Shown piece after piece: positions 37,556-48,695 of a stretch of DNA of 64,000 bases. Under the pieces are notes generated by a model. The model saw only the letters and a program-made list of their open reading frames with translations, did not search any database and was not told the origin of the DNA. The DNA is from Rhizophagus irregularis. Taxonomy: Eukaryota. Position 1 is the first letter of the stretch. Each line of letters begins with the position of its first letter. Location: positions 2,170,001 through 2,234,000 of the forward strand of contig NC_089435.1 in NCBI RefSeq assembly GCF_026210795.1, read 5' to 3'. Made by a program: the position numbers and the translations under genes.

Positions 37556-39007
37556 TCAGGATTGAATCCATTCAAAATCTTCAAAATCATCATCATTTAA
37601 ATCATTATAATAATGTTTAACTATTCCTTTCGCTTTATATTTTTCAATTAAATCAAAATATTGATCAACATCCACATATTGATTCATTTGAATTGTTCGT
37701 AATAACATAGGATGCATAGGAATTCTATTATTCCAATTATCAAAAAATAATTTTAAAGCTTCTAATTCAGGGGTTCTACTATAATAAAAAAAAAATTTAA
37801 ATTTAAATAAACTTGCAGGGGAAGAAATAGATAAAATTTCAAATAATTTACTCCAATTAAACATATAAACATCAATAACTAAACCATTTAAAAATTTACA
37901 ATTAATTAATAAATTTTCCAATTCTAAAATATTCCTATTAAGTAAAGATAATTTAAGATATCTAAGATTTTTACAATTTTGATAAATGGCTCTTATAAGA
38001 CTTTTATTATCATCACCTACAATACTAATTTCTGTAATATGACCTTTAGTACTTTGAATTAAATTTGTTAAAATATTTGAAGGAACTCTTTGAACTTTTA
38101 AAATTTTTAAAACTGGTAAAGATAAATTTTCTAAATGATTCCAATTTGTATTATAATAAGAATTAGAAGAATAAATTTCTAAACTTAATAAATTTACAAG
38201 GTATGAAAGAATTTTTGTAATAGGTTTCCAATAAATTCTTAAATGTTGAATTGTATCAGTATGTTTAATTAAAGATTCTTCAAGAGTTTTAAAAAATGGT
38301 ACGTTTCTTATACTTGAATTATATTTTATATAAATAAAACGAACATCGTTTAAACCTTTTTGAGATTCAATTAATTTTATAACCCCAGAATTATTATTAT
38401 GTTGTTTAATATAAAATATAAATTTTTTAATTGTTTCAATTATTTTAGATAATCCTTCCAAAATATTTTGATCGGTATTATCATTACAATAAATAGATTC
38501 AAGATTTGAAAAACAATATTCAACCCCTGAAAAACGATGTAATTGATAATTAAAATTTTCTGGGATAGTAAGTGATATAAATTTCTTATTCTCATTAATA
38601 AATAATTTTAAAATTTCATTTCTTATAATTGATATTTTATAATCTTCAACATTTTTTATACAAGTTAACATTCTTTCCAATAATTGTAAATCTAAACATT
38701 TCAAAAAATCAATATAATTAAATAAAGGTTTTTTTTGATCTGTTTCTTTAAAAAGTTCAATTTCTCTATTCTTTAAAAAATCCTTTGATTCTTTTGATAA
38801 ATGTTTAACTATTACATTAAATAATGTATTTAATGAATTAATGTTATCGGTTGAATTAGTATGATATTGTCCTAGAAATCTCCATAAAATAGATACTGTT
38901 TTTTCACACCAAGTTCTATTAACTAAAAGACATGAATAAAGAGTTTTTTTATCATATTGTAATTCTTCCAAAATTAAAATGAGAACGTCTTCGTAGAGTT
39001 TAGTCAT
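37556..39007 (-). CDS. F-box-like / leucine-rich repeat (RNI-like) protein (~483 aa)
   Basis: N-terminal L.EDVLILILEELQYDKKTLYSCLLVNRTWCE..V.ILW, LFNYIDFLKCLD, LRR-like body; ATG at 39007. Confidence 0.88.
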   Translation of the reverse strand: MTKLYEDVLILILEELQYDKKTLYSCLLVNRTWCEKTVSILWRFLGQYHTNSTDNINSLNTLFNVIVKHLSKESKDFLKNREIELFKETDQKKPLFNYIDFLKCLDLQLLERMLTCIKNVEDYKISIIRNEILKLFINENKKFISLTIPENFNYQLHRFSGVEYCFSNLESIYCNDNTDQNILEGLSKIIETIKKFIFYIKQHNNNSGVIKLIESQKGLNDVRFIYIKYNSSIRNVPFFKTLEESLIKHTDTIQHLRIYWKPITKILSYLVNLLSLEIYSSNSYYNTNWNHLENLSLPVLKILKVQRVPSNILTNLIQSTKGHITEISIVGDDNKSLIRAIYQNCKNLRYLKLSLLNRNILELENLLINCKFLNGLVIDVYMFNWSKLFEILSISSPASLFKFKFFFYYSRTPELEALKLFFDNWNNRIPMHPMLLRTIQMNQYVDVDQYFDLIEKYKAKGIVKHYYNDLNDDDFEDFEWIQS

Positions 39008-40213
39008 TTTAGACAAAAAAAAAAAGTAAATAATGATAATCATAACTCTATATATACTGATGACGATATTTGTATGACGAACTGGTTACATTTTGTTACA
39101 TTTCGCCGAAAGAATTTTCCTATCCAGATTAGGTTAAGCTCAAGATGTGATGAACCTATTAAAAAACATTTGATTCATAATAACGTTTATAACATACAGG
39201 TTTTATTCTAGTAGAAATTGGTAAGACTTTTGTTATTAACATTATTAACATTTTATAAATGATTGATAGGATAAACTTTATGAGTTTGTTTAAACTTTGT
39301 AACTTGTTTCACACATAAGAAAATCGTGATAATTCTAATATAATTAATGTTTTTCCGGGTATTTGTCATAAACACTGTATAATTGGATTGCTCACGTACC
39401 AAAGTACCAGCCATAATGTTTCCATTATCTTCCCCTTTGTTAGATTCTTTAAAATAAATTAGACGGTTTTTTTTTTGATAGGTTCTACGACTACCCGATT
39501 CCCACCTTCGGCTATTTTGGTATTTTTCGTCTTACCTGAATAATATTTTATCGCAAAAAACTTTGTAAATCTGTTACATGATCGTCCAAGATCTAAACAA
39601 GTTGAATTATTAATTCCGCACGGATCAACATAACAACAATGAATAATAGTAATATAGTATCCTATCGAATTTATCACTGTGCTACCATACAAATTACTAG
39701 ACAAAAACCGAATTATTGAAAACTGTTATAATATAAATATTTGGATGGTGTATTTAATTCTGGAATACTTTAAATATTTCCATAATTTTTTATAAATATT
39801 TAGCGAAACGAACTATTAATATCTTGCTGTTTCGGTAAATTTTATTAATAGGGTTTGGTTTTTTTTGTCCAATTAACTCAATCCTAAAATGAAGCTAATA
39901 ATAAAGTTGCATTATTTGCATTGTTCAATTATTTCATCATATCCATCATATCAGGTGATCAAACAAATCGTGTTGATCCTACTGAAATTACTTCATTTCT
40001 CGTAATTTTAACGCCTTTGATCATCATTGGCTTAAGAAAATTCTTTTATTCTTAAACATAAATGGGATGATTTGCAATCGAATTAAAATATTAAAAAATA
40101 CGTCCAAACTTCGACCGCATTTTTTTTTAAAAAATTCTCTCACATCATTTTTCCCTTTTTTTTTTTAAATTGTCGTTAATTAAAATTATTTAGTTACATA
40201 TTTTTTTTAAATA

Positions 40214-42022
40214 ATGGCAAATTTATTACCAAGGGAATCATTGGAACAAATTCTTTATCATTTTAAAAGTGATAAAAAAACTCTTGTTTCTTGCGTTTTA
40301 GTGAATAGATTTTGGTGTTCAACAGCATCTTCAATATTATATCAACGTCCATTCAAATTTCTTAATAATCCTTCCCCTAAACTTATTCGTACTCTTATTT
40401 CTTGTTTATCACAAGATTCAAAAGATTTATTAATTAAATCTCACGTTAATCCCGAAATTTTTGATTTACCTAATTCAAAATTAAATTATCCTTCATTTAT
40501 TCGATATTTGGATTATGAATTAATATATAATTCAATATTTGAATTATTTAAAGAAATTTATGAAAAACAACAAAATAATAATAATAATAAATTGAATAAT
40601 AATAAATTGAATAATAATAACGATAATAATAATAATTATTATTATAGTTATAATTATGGTATAATTACAAAAAGATTATTCACTATTGAATTATTTAAAT
40701 TAATTATTTCTTCGACCTCTGTTATAAAACATCTTATATTAGATATACAACATATACAAGACGTGATTAATGATGGATTTATTAATTTTGATAATGATAT
40801 TAAATCTATATTAAATACTTTTAATTCAAAATTTTGTTTATCTCAAATAAAAAAAATTGAATATGGTGGTATTGATGATTTGGAAATTATGAATTTATTA
40901 AAAAATTATTGTAATCAAATTAAAAGTTTAGATATTAATTTTTGTAATAGGATGACAAAATCTGAGATAAAAACTATTACTACTACTAATACTAATACTA
41001 GTAATTATATTAATAAATATAATTATAATAATAATAAATCAAATAATAAGTTAAATAAGTCGAATAAATCGATCAAGTCGAATAATCAATTATCAAAAGA
41101 TTTAATTAATTCTCAATTTGGATTAAAAAAAATCACTTTAAGAGGAAGATATGAAAATTTAGGAAAATTATTTTCATCTATTGAAACTCAAATTCAATCT
41201 TTAACATTTTTGGAATTATTTGAATGTTATTTAAATGATAGAATTATTATGGAAATTATATCAAAATTTTTTAATTTGGAAATTTTGAAATTTATTGAAT
41301 GTTATAATACCACTTATGGTAATAAGATGATTCCTTTAAATTTTAAAAAATTAAAAAGATTTGAATTTAAAAGAAATAATTTGGGTAATACCGATCCTTT
41401 ATTATCAATCTTTAAAAATTCAACTGAAAGTTTAAAAGAATTGGTTTTAAATCAAAATGTTAATAGAATTATTGATAGACATTCAAGACATCGTCCAAGA
41501 GTGAATTCAATGTTGGTAAAATCTATTGGTTTATATTGTCAAAATTTATTTTATTTGGAAATTTTTATTACTCAAAATATTATAATTCAATGGTATGATA
41601 CTTTAAAATTATTAAATAATTTAAAAAAATTATTTATAAATATTATAAAAGATTTATCAAATAATGAAGAATTTTGGATTAATACCACTATTAATTTACC
41701 TCCTTCTTTATCAGCTTTAACTATTCTTATTAATTATGATAATTATAATAATATATTATGTTGGATTATGGAAAATTGTAATATTAATTTAGAAATATTA
41801 CAATTATTGGGTAGGGGTCTAGTTGAGCCAAAAAGTATTGAACATATTATTAATTATTATTATAAGTTTGGTTCTTTAAAACAATTGGCTCTTAAAGAGT
41901 ATAGCTATACTTTAAAAAGGGAAATTCTTTTATACGTTAAAGATTTATTTAAGGTTTCTTTTATTGGTCCTATTGGTATTTATGAAGAATGTCCAAAACA
42001 TTCTTCTTTAAATATTCGTTAA
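40214..42022 (+). CDS. F-box-like / LRR protein with Asn-rich insertions (602 aa)
   Basis: LPRESLEQILYHF...LVSCVLVNRFWC...LYQRPF, NYPSFIRYLD, LRR-like repeats; intact long ORF. Confidence 0.88.
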   Translation: MANLLPRESLEQILYHFKSDKKTLVSCVLVNRFWCSTASSILYQRPFKFLNNPSPKLIRTLISCLSQDSKDLLIKSHVNPEIFDLPNSKLNYPSFIRYLDYELIYNSIFELFKEIYEKQQNNNNNKLNNNKLNNNNDNNNNYYYSYNYGIITKRLFTIELFKLIISSTSVIKHLILDIQHIQDVINDGFINFDNDIKSILNTFNSKFCLSQIKKIEYGGIDDLEIMNLLKNYCNQIKSLDINFCNRMTKSEIKTITTTNTNTSNYINKYNYNNNKSNNKLNKSNKSIKSNNQLSKDLINSQFGLKKITLRGRYENLGKLFSSIETQIQSLTFLELFECYLNDRIIMEIISKFFNLEILKFIECYNTTYGNKMIPLNFKKLKRFEFKRNNLGNTDPLLSIFKNSTESLKELVLNQNVNRIIDRHSRHRPRVNSMLVKSIGLYCQNLFYLEIFITQNIIIQWYDTLKLLNNLKKLFINIIKDLSNNEEFWINTTINLPPSLSALTILINYDNYNNILCWIMENCNINLEILQLLGRGLVEPKSIEHIINYYYKFGSLKQLALKEYSYTLKREILLYVKDLFKVSFIGPIGIYEECPKHSSLNIR

Positions 42023-42579
42023 GTAATACCAAACGCTAGGTAAAAATTATTTGTTATTTTTCCTATGATATAATTTGATTTTATTTTTATTCAATTTTAT
42101 ATGTTTTTATCATAAATAAAACAATTTGTAATTATTGTATCTATTAAAGAAATAAAATAAATAAATATTTTCTTAAAAACAAAAAGTTTTCGGCGAAACT
42201 TATTAGAAATTAAAAAATTATTTCTAAATATTTTTACTATAAATTTATATGCTTGCTCTTAGCCAGCTATAGATTAACCTATAACTGTTTCTCCTGAATA
42301 CCACGTAGAGGTGGCAAGCTTTTATTCAGGATAAAAAATATTAAAATGATAACTACAGGCAATGCTTTATAAGCAAAACCTATATTATCATTTGGATTAT
42401 TATCCATAAAAAGTCTCACTTGACTTTTTAACCATATAATAATATACGTCCCTATATAAATTTAACTTTAAAAACGTTAGTACGATTTATATACAACTTA
42501 AATACAACGGTTTTAATTTAATCCCAAAAAAAAAAGTTAGTCAAAGAAATTTTTTGATCCAGAAGTCTTTTGGTTTAAG

Positions 42580-45500
42580 TATGTAAGTGTTGAAGTGCAG
42601 AATCAAACCATAATTAAATACAATATTCTAAGAGAATATTGCATTTAATTAATGGACGTATCAAAGCAACTTACATTTCAATATAAAAAATCGTATATTC
42701 TAATCTCCAATCCAATAAAATGTTATCCCAGCATTATAATCTTCATATTCTATCCTCTAATCCAATTAGAATGTAAGTGTTGTCGTGCAAAATCAAACCA
42801 TAACTAAATACAATATTCTAAGAAAATATTTGCATTTAATTAATGGACATATCAAAGCAACTTACATCTCAGCATTAAGAGTCTTCATATTCTATCTTCC
42901 GATAATCAAACGAGAATGTAAGTGTTGTAGTGCAGAATCAAACCATAACTAAATACAATATTCTAAGAAAATATTTGCATTTAATTAATGGACATATCAA
43001 AGCAACTTACATTCCAATATAAAAAATTGTATATTCTAATCGCACTTGATTTATCATTACTTTGCTTTTCATTTTACGCAACTGCTACCTCTTATTAATT
43101 AGGATAATCAGAATCGGTCGAGGCACTGTATATTAAGATTTGTATACAGTATTCTGTTCTATTTTATGTGCTTTATTTCAATCCAATAAAATGTTATCTC
43201 GGCATTAGAATCTTCATATTCTATCTTCCATTCCAATTAGAATGTAAGTGTTGTAGTGCAGAGTCAAACCATAATTAAATACAATATTCTATGAGAATAT
43301 TTGCATTTAATTAATGGACATATCATAGCAACTTACATTCAAATATAAAAAGTATCATATATTCTCATCTCCAATCCAATAAAATGTTATCTCAGCATTA
43401 AGAATCTTCATATTCTATCTTCCAATCCAAACAGAATGTAAGTGTTGTAATGCAGAATCAAACCATAATTAAATACAATATTCTAAGAGAATATTTGCAT
43501 TTAATTAATGGACATATCAAAGCAACTTACATTCCAATATAAAAAATCGTATATTCTAATCTCCAATCCAATAAAATGTTATTTCAGCATTAGAATCTTC
43601 ATTGAATTCTATTCTCCGATCAATGAGAATGCAAGTGTTGTAGTGCAGAATCAAACCCTAATTAAATACAATATTCTGTGAGAATATTGCATTTAATAAT
43701 GGACATATCAAAGCAACTTACATCCCAATATAAAAATTGTATATTCTAATCTCCAATCCAATAAAATGTTATCTCAGCATTAGAATCCTCGTATTCTATC
43801 TTCCAATCCAATTAGAATGTAAGTGTTGTAGTGCAGAATCAAACCATTATTAAATACAATATTCTAAGAGAACATTTGCATTTAATTAATGGACATATCA
43901 AAGCAACTTACATTCCAATATAAAAATCATTAATCTCTAATCTAATAAAATGTTAGCATTAAGAATCTTCGTATTCTATCTTCCAATCCAATTAGAATGT
44001 AAGTGTTGTAATGCAGAATCAAACCATTATTAAATACAATATTCTAAAAGAACATTTGCATTTAATTAATGGACATATCAAAGCAACTTACATTCCAATA
44101 TAAAAAGTATCATATATTCTAATCTCCAATCCAATAAAAATTATCTCAGCATTAAGTATCTTCGTATTCTATCTTCCAATCCAATTAGAATGTAAGTGTT
44201 GTAATGCAGAATCAAACCATAATTAAATACAATATTCTAAAAGAACATTTGCATTTAATTAATGGACATATCAAAGCAACTTACATTCCAATATAAAAAA
44301 TCGTATATCCTAATCTCCAATCCAATAAAATGTTATTCTATCCTCAAATCCAATGAGAATGTAAGTGTTGTAATGCAGAATCAAACCATAATTAAATACA
44401 ATATTCTAAAAGAACATTTGCATTTAATTAATGGACATATCAAAGCAACTTACATTCCAATATAAAAAGTATCATATATTCTAATCTCCAATCCAATAAA
44501 AAATTATCTCAGCATTAAGAATCTTCGTATTCTATCTTCCAATCCAATTAGAATGTAAGTGTTGTAATGCAGAATCAAACCATAATTAAATACAATATTC
44601 TAAAAGAACATTTGCATTAATTAATGGACATATCAAAGCAACTTACATTCCAATATAAAAATCATCATATATTCTAATCTCCAATCTAATAAAATGTTAG
44701 CATTAAGAATCTTCGTATTCTATCTTCCAATCCAATTAGAATGTAAGTGTTGTAATGCAGAATCAAACCATAATTAAATACAATATTCTAAAAGAATATT
44801 TGCATTTAATTAATGGACATATCAAAGCAACTTACATTCCAATATAAAAAATCGTATATCCTAATCTCCAATCCAATAAAATGTTATTCTATCCTCAAAT
44901 CCAACGAGAATGTAAGTGTTGTAGTGCAGAATCAAACCATAATTAAATACAATATTCTAAGAGAACATTTGCATTAATTAATGGACATATCAAAGCAACT
45001 TACATTCCAATATAAAAAATCGTATATCCTAATCTCCAGTCCAATAAAATGTTATTCTATCCTCAAATCCAACGAGAATGTAAGTGTTGTAGTGCAGAAT
45101 CAAACCATAATTAAATACAATATTCTAAAAGAACATTTGCATTAATTAATGGACATATCAAAGCAACTTACATTCCAATATAAAAAATCGTATATCCTAA
45201 TCTCCAATCCAATAAAATGTTATTCTATCCTCAAATCCAACGAGAATGTAAGTGTTGTAGTGCAGAATCAAACCATAATTAAATACAATATTCTAAAAGA
45301 ACATTTGCATTAATTAATGGACATATCAAAGCAACTTACATTCCAATATAAAAATCATCATATATTCTAATCTCCAATCTAATAAAATGTTAGCATTAAG
45401 AATCTTCGTATTCTATCTTCCAATCCAATTAGAATGTAAGTGTTGTAATGCAGAATCAAACCATAATTAAATACAATATTCTAAGAGAATATTTGCATTT

Positions 45501-45786
45501 AATTAATGGACATATCAAAGCAACTTACATAGCCTTCGTATTCTATATTCCAATCCAATTAGAATGTAAGTGTTGTAGTGCAGAATCAAACCATTATTAA
45601 AATACAATATTCTGTGAGAATATTGCATTTAATAATGGACATATCAAAGCAACTTACATCTCAGCATTAGAGTCTTCGTATTCTACTCTCTAATCCAATG
45701 AGAATGTAAGTATTGTTGTGCAGAATCATTAAATAAAATATTCTAAGAGAATAAATATGTTATTTAATTAATGAGCAACTTACATC
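42580..45786. repeat. Tandem satellite array, ~18 units of ~130-195 bp
   Basis: Conserved ~100-bp core gaatgtaagtgttg...atggacatatcaaagcaacttacattc recurring at ~42581, 42771, 42916, 43242 ... 45564, 45704 with variable linkers. Confidence 0.95.
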
Positions 45787-45788
45787 TG

Positions 45789-46282
45789 TAGCCTTTATTT
45801 TCTCTTTACCCATAAATCTGTATAATATACTAATTTGGTACGTTATAACGTTATAAAAATACGCGTTCTAACGGATTATTTTAAGAAATATTCATGAATA
45901 CTACTTCATTTTAATATTACAGTAAGTTATCAAGATATACTTAGCTGTGATTAGTAGCCTTTATTTTCTCTTTACCCATAAATCTGTATATATACTAATT
46001 TGGTACGTTATAACGTTATAAAAATACGCGTTCTAACGAATTATTTTTAAGAAATATTCATGAATACTACTTCATTTTAATATTACAATAAGTTATCAAG
46101 ATATACTTAGCTGTTATTAGTAGCCTTTATTTTCTCTTTACCCATAAATCTTTATATATACTAATTTGGTACGGTATAACGTTATAAAAAACGCGTTCTA
46201 ACGGATTATTTTTAAGAATATTCATGAATACTACTTCATTTTAATATTACAATAAGTTATCAATATATACTTAGCTGTGATT
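45789..46282. repeat. Tandem repeat, 3 x ~166 bp
   Basis: tagcctttattttctctttacccataaatc... starts at 45789, 45955 and 46121. Confidence 0.95.
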
Positions 46283-46382
46283 TTTCCTTATAGAAACAAG
46301 TCGTGTTTGTTGATGTTTTCACATTTTTTCTTTACATTTTATTTGTTTAACTTTTTACTCTTTTACTGAAAAAAAAATAAAA

Positions 46383-47651
46383 ATGGAGAAAAAGACGATA
46401 TATATCTCTCTGTGGGAAAAAAAAGCGATTTTATGAGTCATACTATATACTTCAGCCAATAGATCAGTAAGTTTAATGTATAGTTTTTATTTATTCTCCG
46501 CGATGATGATTGACGTAATTTTGATGTCACCGTAATTACTAATAATATGTAAATTATTATCAGCGGTCTAACGTATAATTTTTTTTTTAAAAAAAAAAAA
46601 ATTGTTAATGTTGTCAAATATAAATTCCTATCATGAAAAATGAAAATAAAATTATCGATTGATCCTTTTCATATGATCTTATTATTCAAGTTCTCAATGA
46701 TTAAACTGTTATTGAACACGAAAGAATATTATCATATTACACAAATGATAATACAGAAATATTTTACGTAACAGTGAAGCAAATCTTACAAAGCCATGGG
46801 CACGAAATATTGATTTCTATTTCCAGCAATGTTTACATCTTATTTTTATTATTTCAGGTCAATTAATTGACCCAAGTATTACTTATCATATTGTAACCGA
46901 CTTACAAAAAAACCTACTAAGTCTTCGGCCGAATTTTTATCTCGCGTTTGTTACTTTAAAGAAAACAACACTTCAGACTATGTTATATCACGATGCTTTC
47001 ATAGTTATTGTAGAGAATACTAATTACAATAGTACATCCTACTTGGTCTTGAAATTGAATGCATCCGAACGGTAGCTGATCATTTTGCCATTGAGAAAAG
47101 CGGTAATATCGTATAACCTTTCGAAATATGGATTCCGGCTTGTTTTTATGATTTGACTTTTATTTCCGTTTTTTAATTACATATGATTTTAGGAGCTCTG
47201 GGATTGGCTGGTGGTGCTTTTGGTAAGTTAACCCGAGCGACAGTAGAATATAATGGAAGGATAACATTGATTGAATAACATAGATTGAATCGATTCTCAA
47301 TATCGTTTTTTGATAGGATTAGTTAACGGAATTTTTTATCTTGCTCTTCGGACAACCAAAAATTAATCCTTGGTAGGTCATAAGTGTTTTAATATAATTT
47401 GTCTTTAAGCATCCGACTGAACTTTAACGAAAATTATCTTAAAGGGCGTGGTGCATCGAATAGAAAAGTTGAAATTTGCAATAAATCCTACACAAGTTCC
47501 CAGTCTTTCTACTTCACAGAGGGTGGAGTGGTTAGAAAATAGAATTTTAGAATTAGAAAATATCTTGACAGATGTGCTTAACCCATCTGCCCTGCAAATA
47601 ATGCGTTATGTATTGTCTCGATCAGAGTCTAATTTTGGAAATGATCGGTAA
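46383..47651 (+). pseudogene. Possible multi-exon hypothetical gene or pseudogene
   Basis: Short AG/GT-bounded coding-like segments (QLIDPSITYHIVTDLQKNLL; GALGLAGGAF; terminal VHRIEKLK...RVEWLENRILELENIL); apparent stops/frameshift; no family recognised. Confidence 0.3.
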
Positions 47652-48695
47652 AATTGATTCCGTGCCAGTAATTGTTTCGTTACAAACCTACAACTTAGAA
47701 TGCAATAAGAAATTTATCATTTAACAAAATGGTTGACTGTGAAGGTGACATGGCTGTTATTACGTCTTATATATGATTATATGATTGTCCTTTTGTTTGC
47801 TGTCTTTTTTAAGTAGCCCTAATTTTCAAATCTCTTCAATTGTAAGAGAGCAGATAAAAAAATTGAAACTATAGTGCCGATCCCATATTTACATAGGTAA
47901 ATTCTTGAAATTTGCGTTTTAAGAGACTTATCTTTTTTGACTGTGAAATTGTTAAAGTGTAAATGGTATTTGATATTTTTGATTTTGAGCTAACAGACTC
48001 AACTTATATACGTTTAGTGGCGAGAAATTTTAATCAAATCCTTTTACTGCTAAAAAAAAACCGTGATAAACAAATGTGAGTTCTTTCTTCGGCAAATTAT
48101 AATCAGCGATCAATATTAGTTTATTTTAAGTTTGCTTTAAAAAAAATTGGTTGATAATATCGTGGTAAGAACATTTACAAGTTCAATTTTGTACCACTTA
48201 ATATGGGTTAATAAAACAATAAGAAATCTTTTAGCATATAATAACAGCCATATTTCCTTCACAATGATATCTGGATTTCTAAATTTTGTAACGGACCGAA
48301 GTTAAATAATGATTGCATATGAAGATCAGCTTCTATCGGACAATATGACAATGATAAACGAGTGACTAAAATCACACTCATTCACCTATGTCAGATCTTT
48401 CACATTTATAATATTTATCACGACTCCCACGATCAATTAACTGCCGCGGCGAACCGTTAATAAGCAAGACGTAATATATCAATTTTAAAAAATAAAATGA
48501 TTTATTATTTTAAATTATCCAGGTAAACTATTATATTATTATTTCAACAATAAATAAAAATATTTATTCTACAAAAAAAATGAATATTTAACCCGTGTCC
48601 TTGCAAACATGGTTGACAGTCTATTTTATTAGTTAATTTATTTAATTTATAAATAACAATAATACTAAGCTCATCTTTTTCTGTCTCATTATGCG

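Noticed and set aside
44262..44465. 67-aa ORF
   Set aside because: Chance open frame in the satellite; neighbouring units contain stops
42580..45786. CRISPR-like array (constant repeat plus variable spacers)
   Set aside because: Eukaryotic context, ~100-bp repeats, linkers homologous to each other rather than unique, and no cas genes
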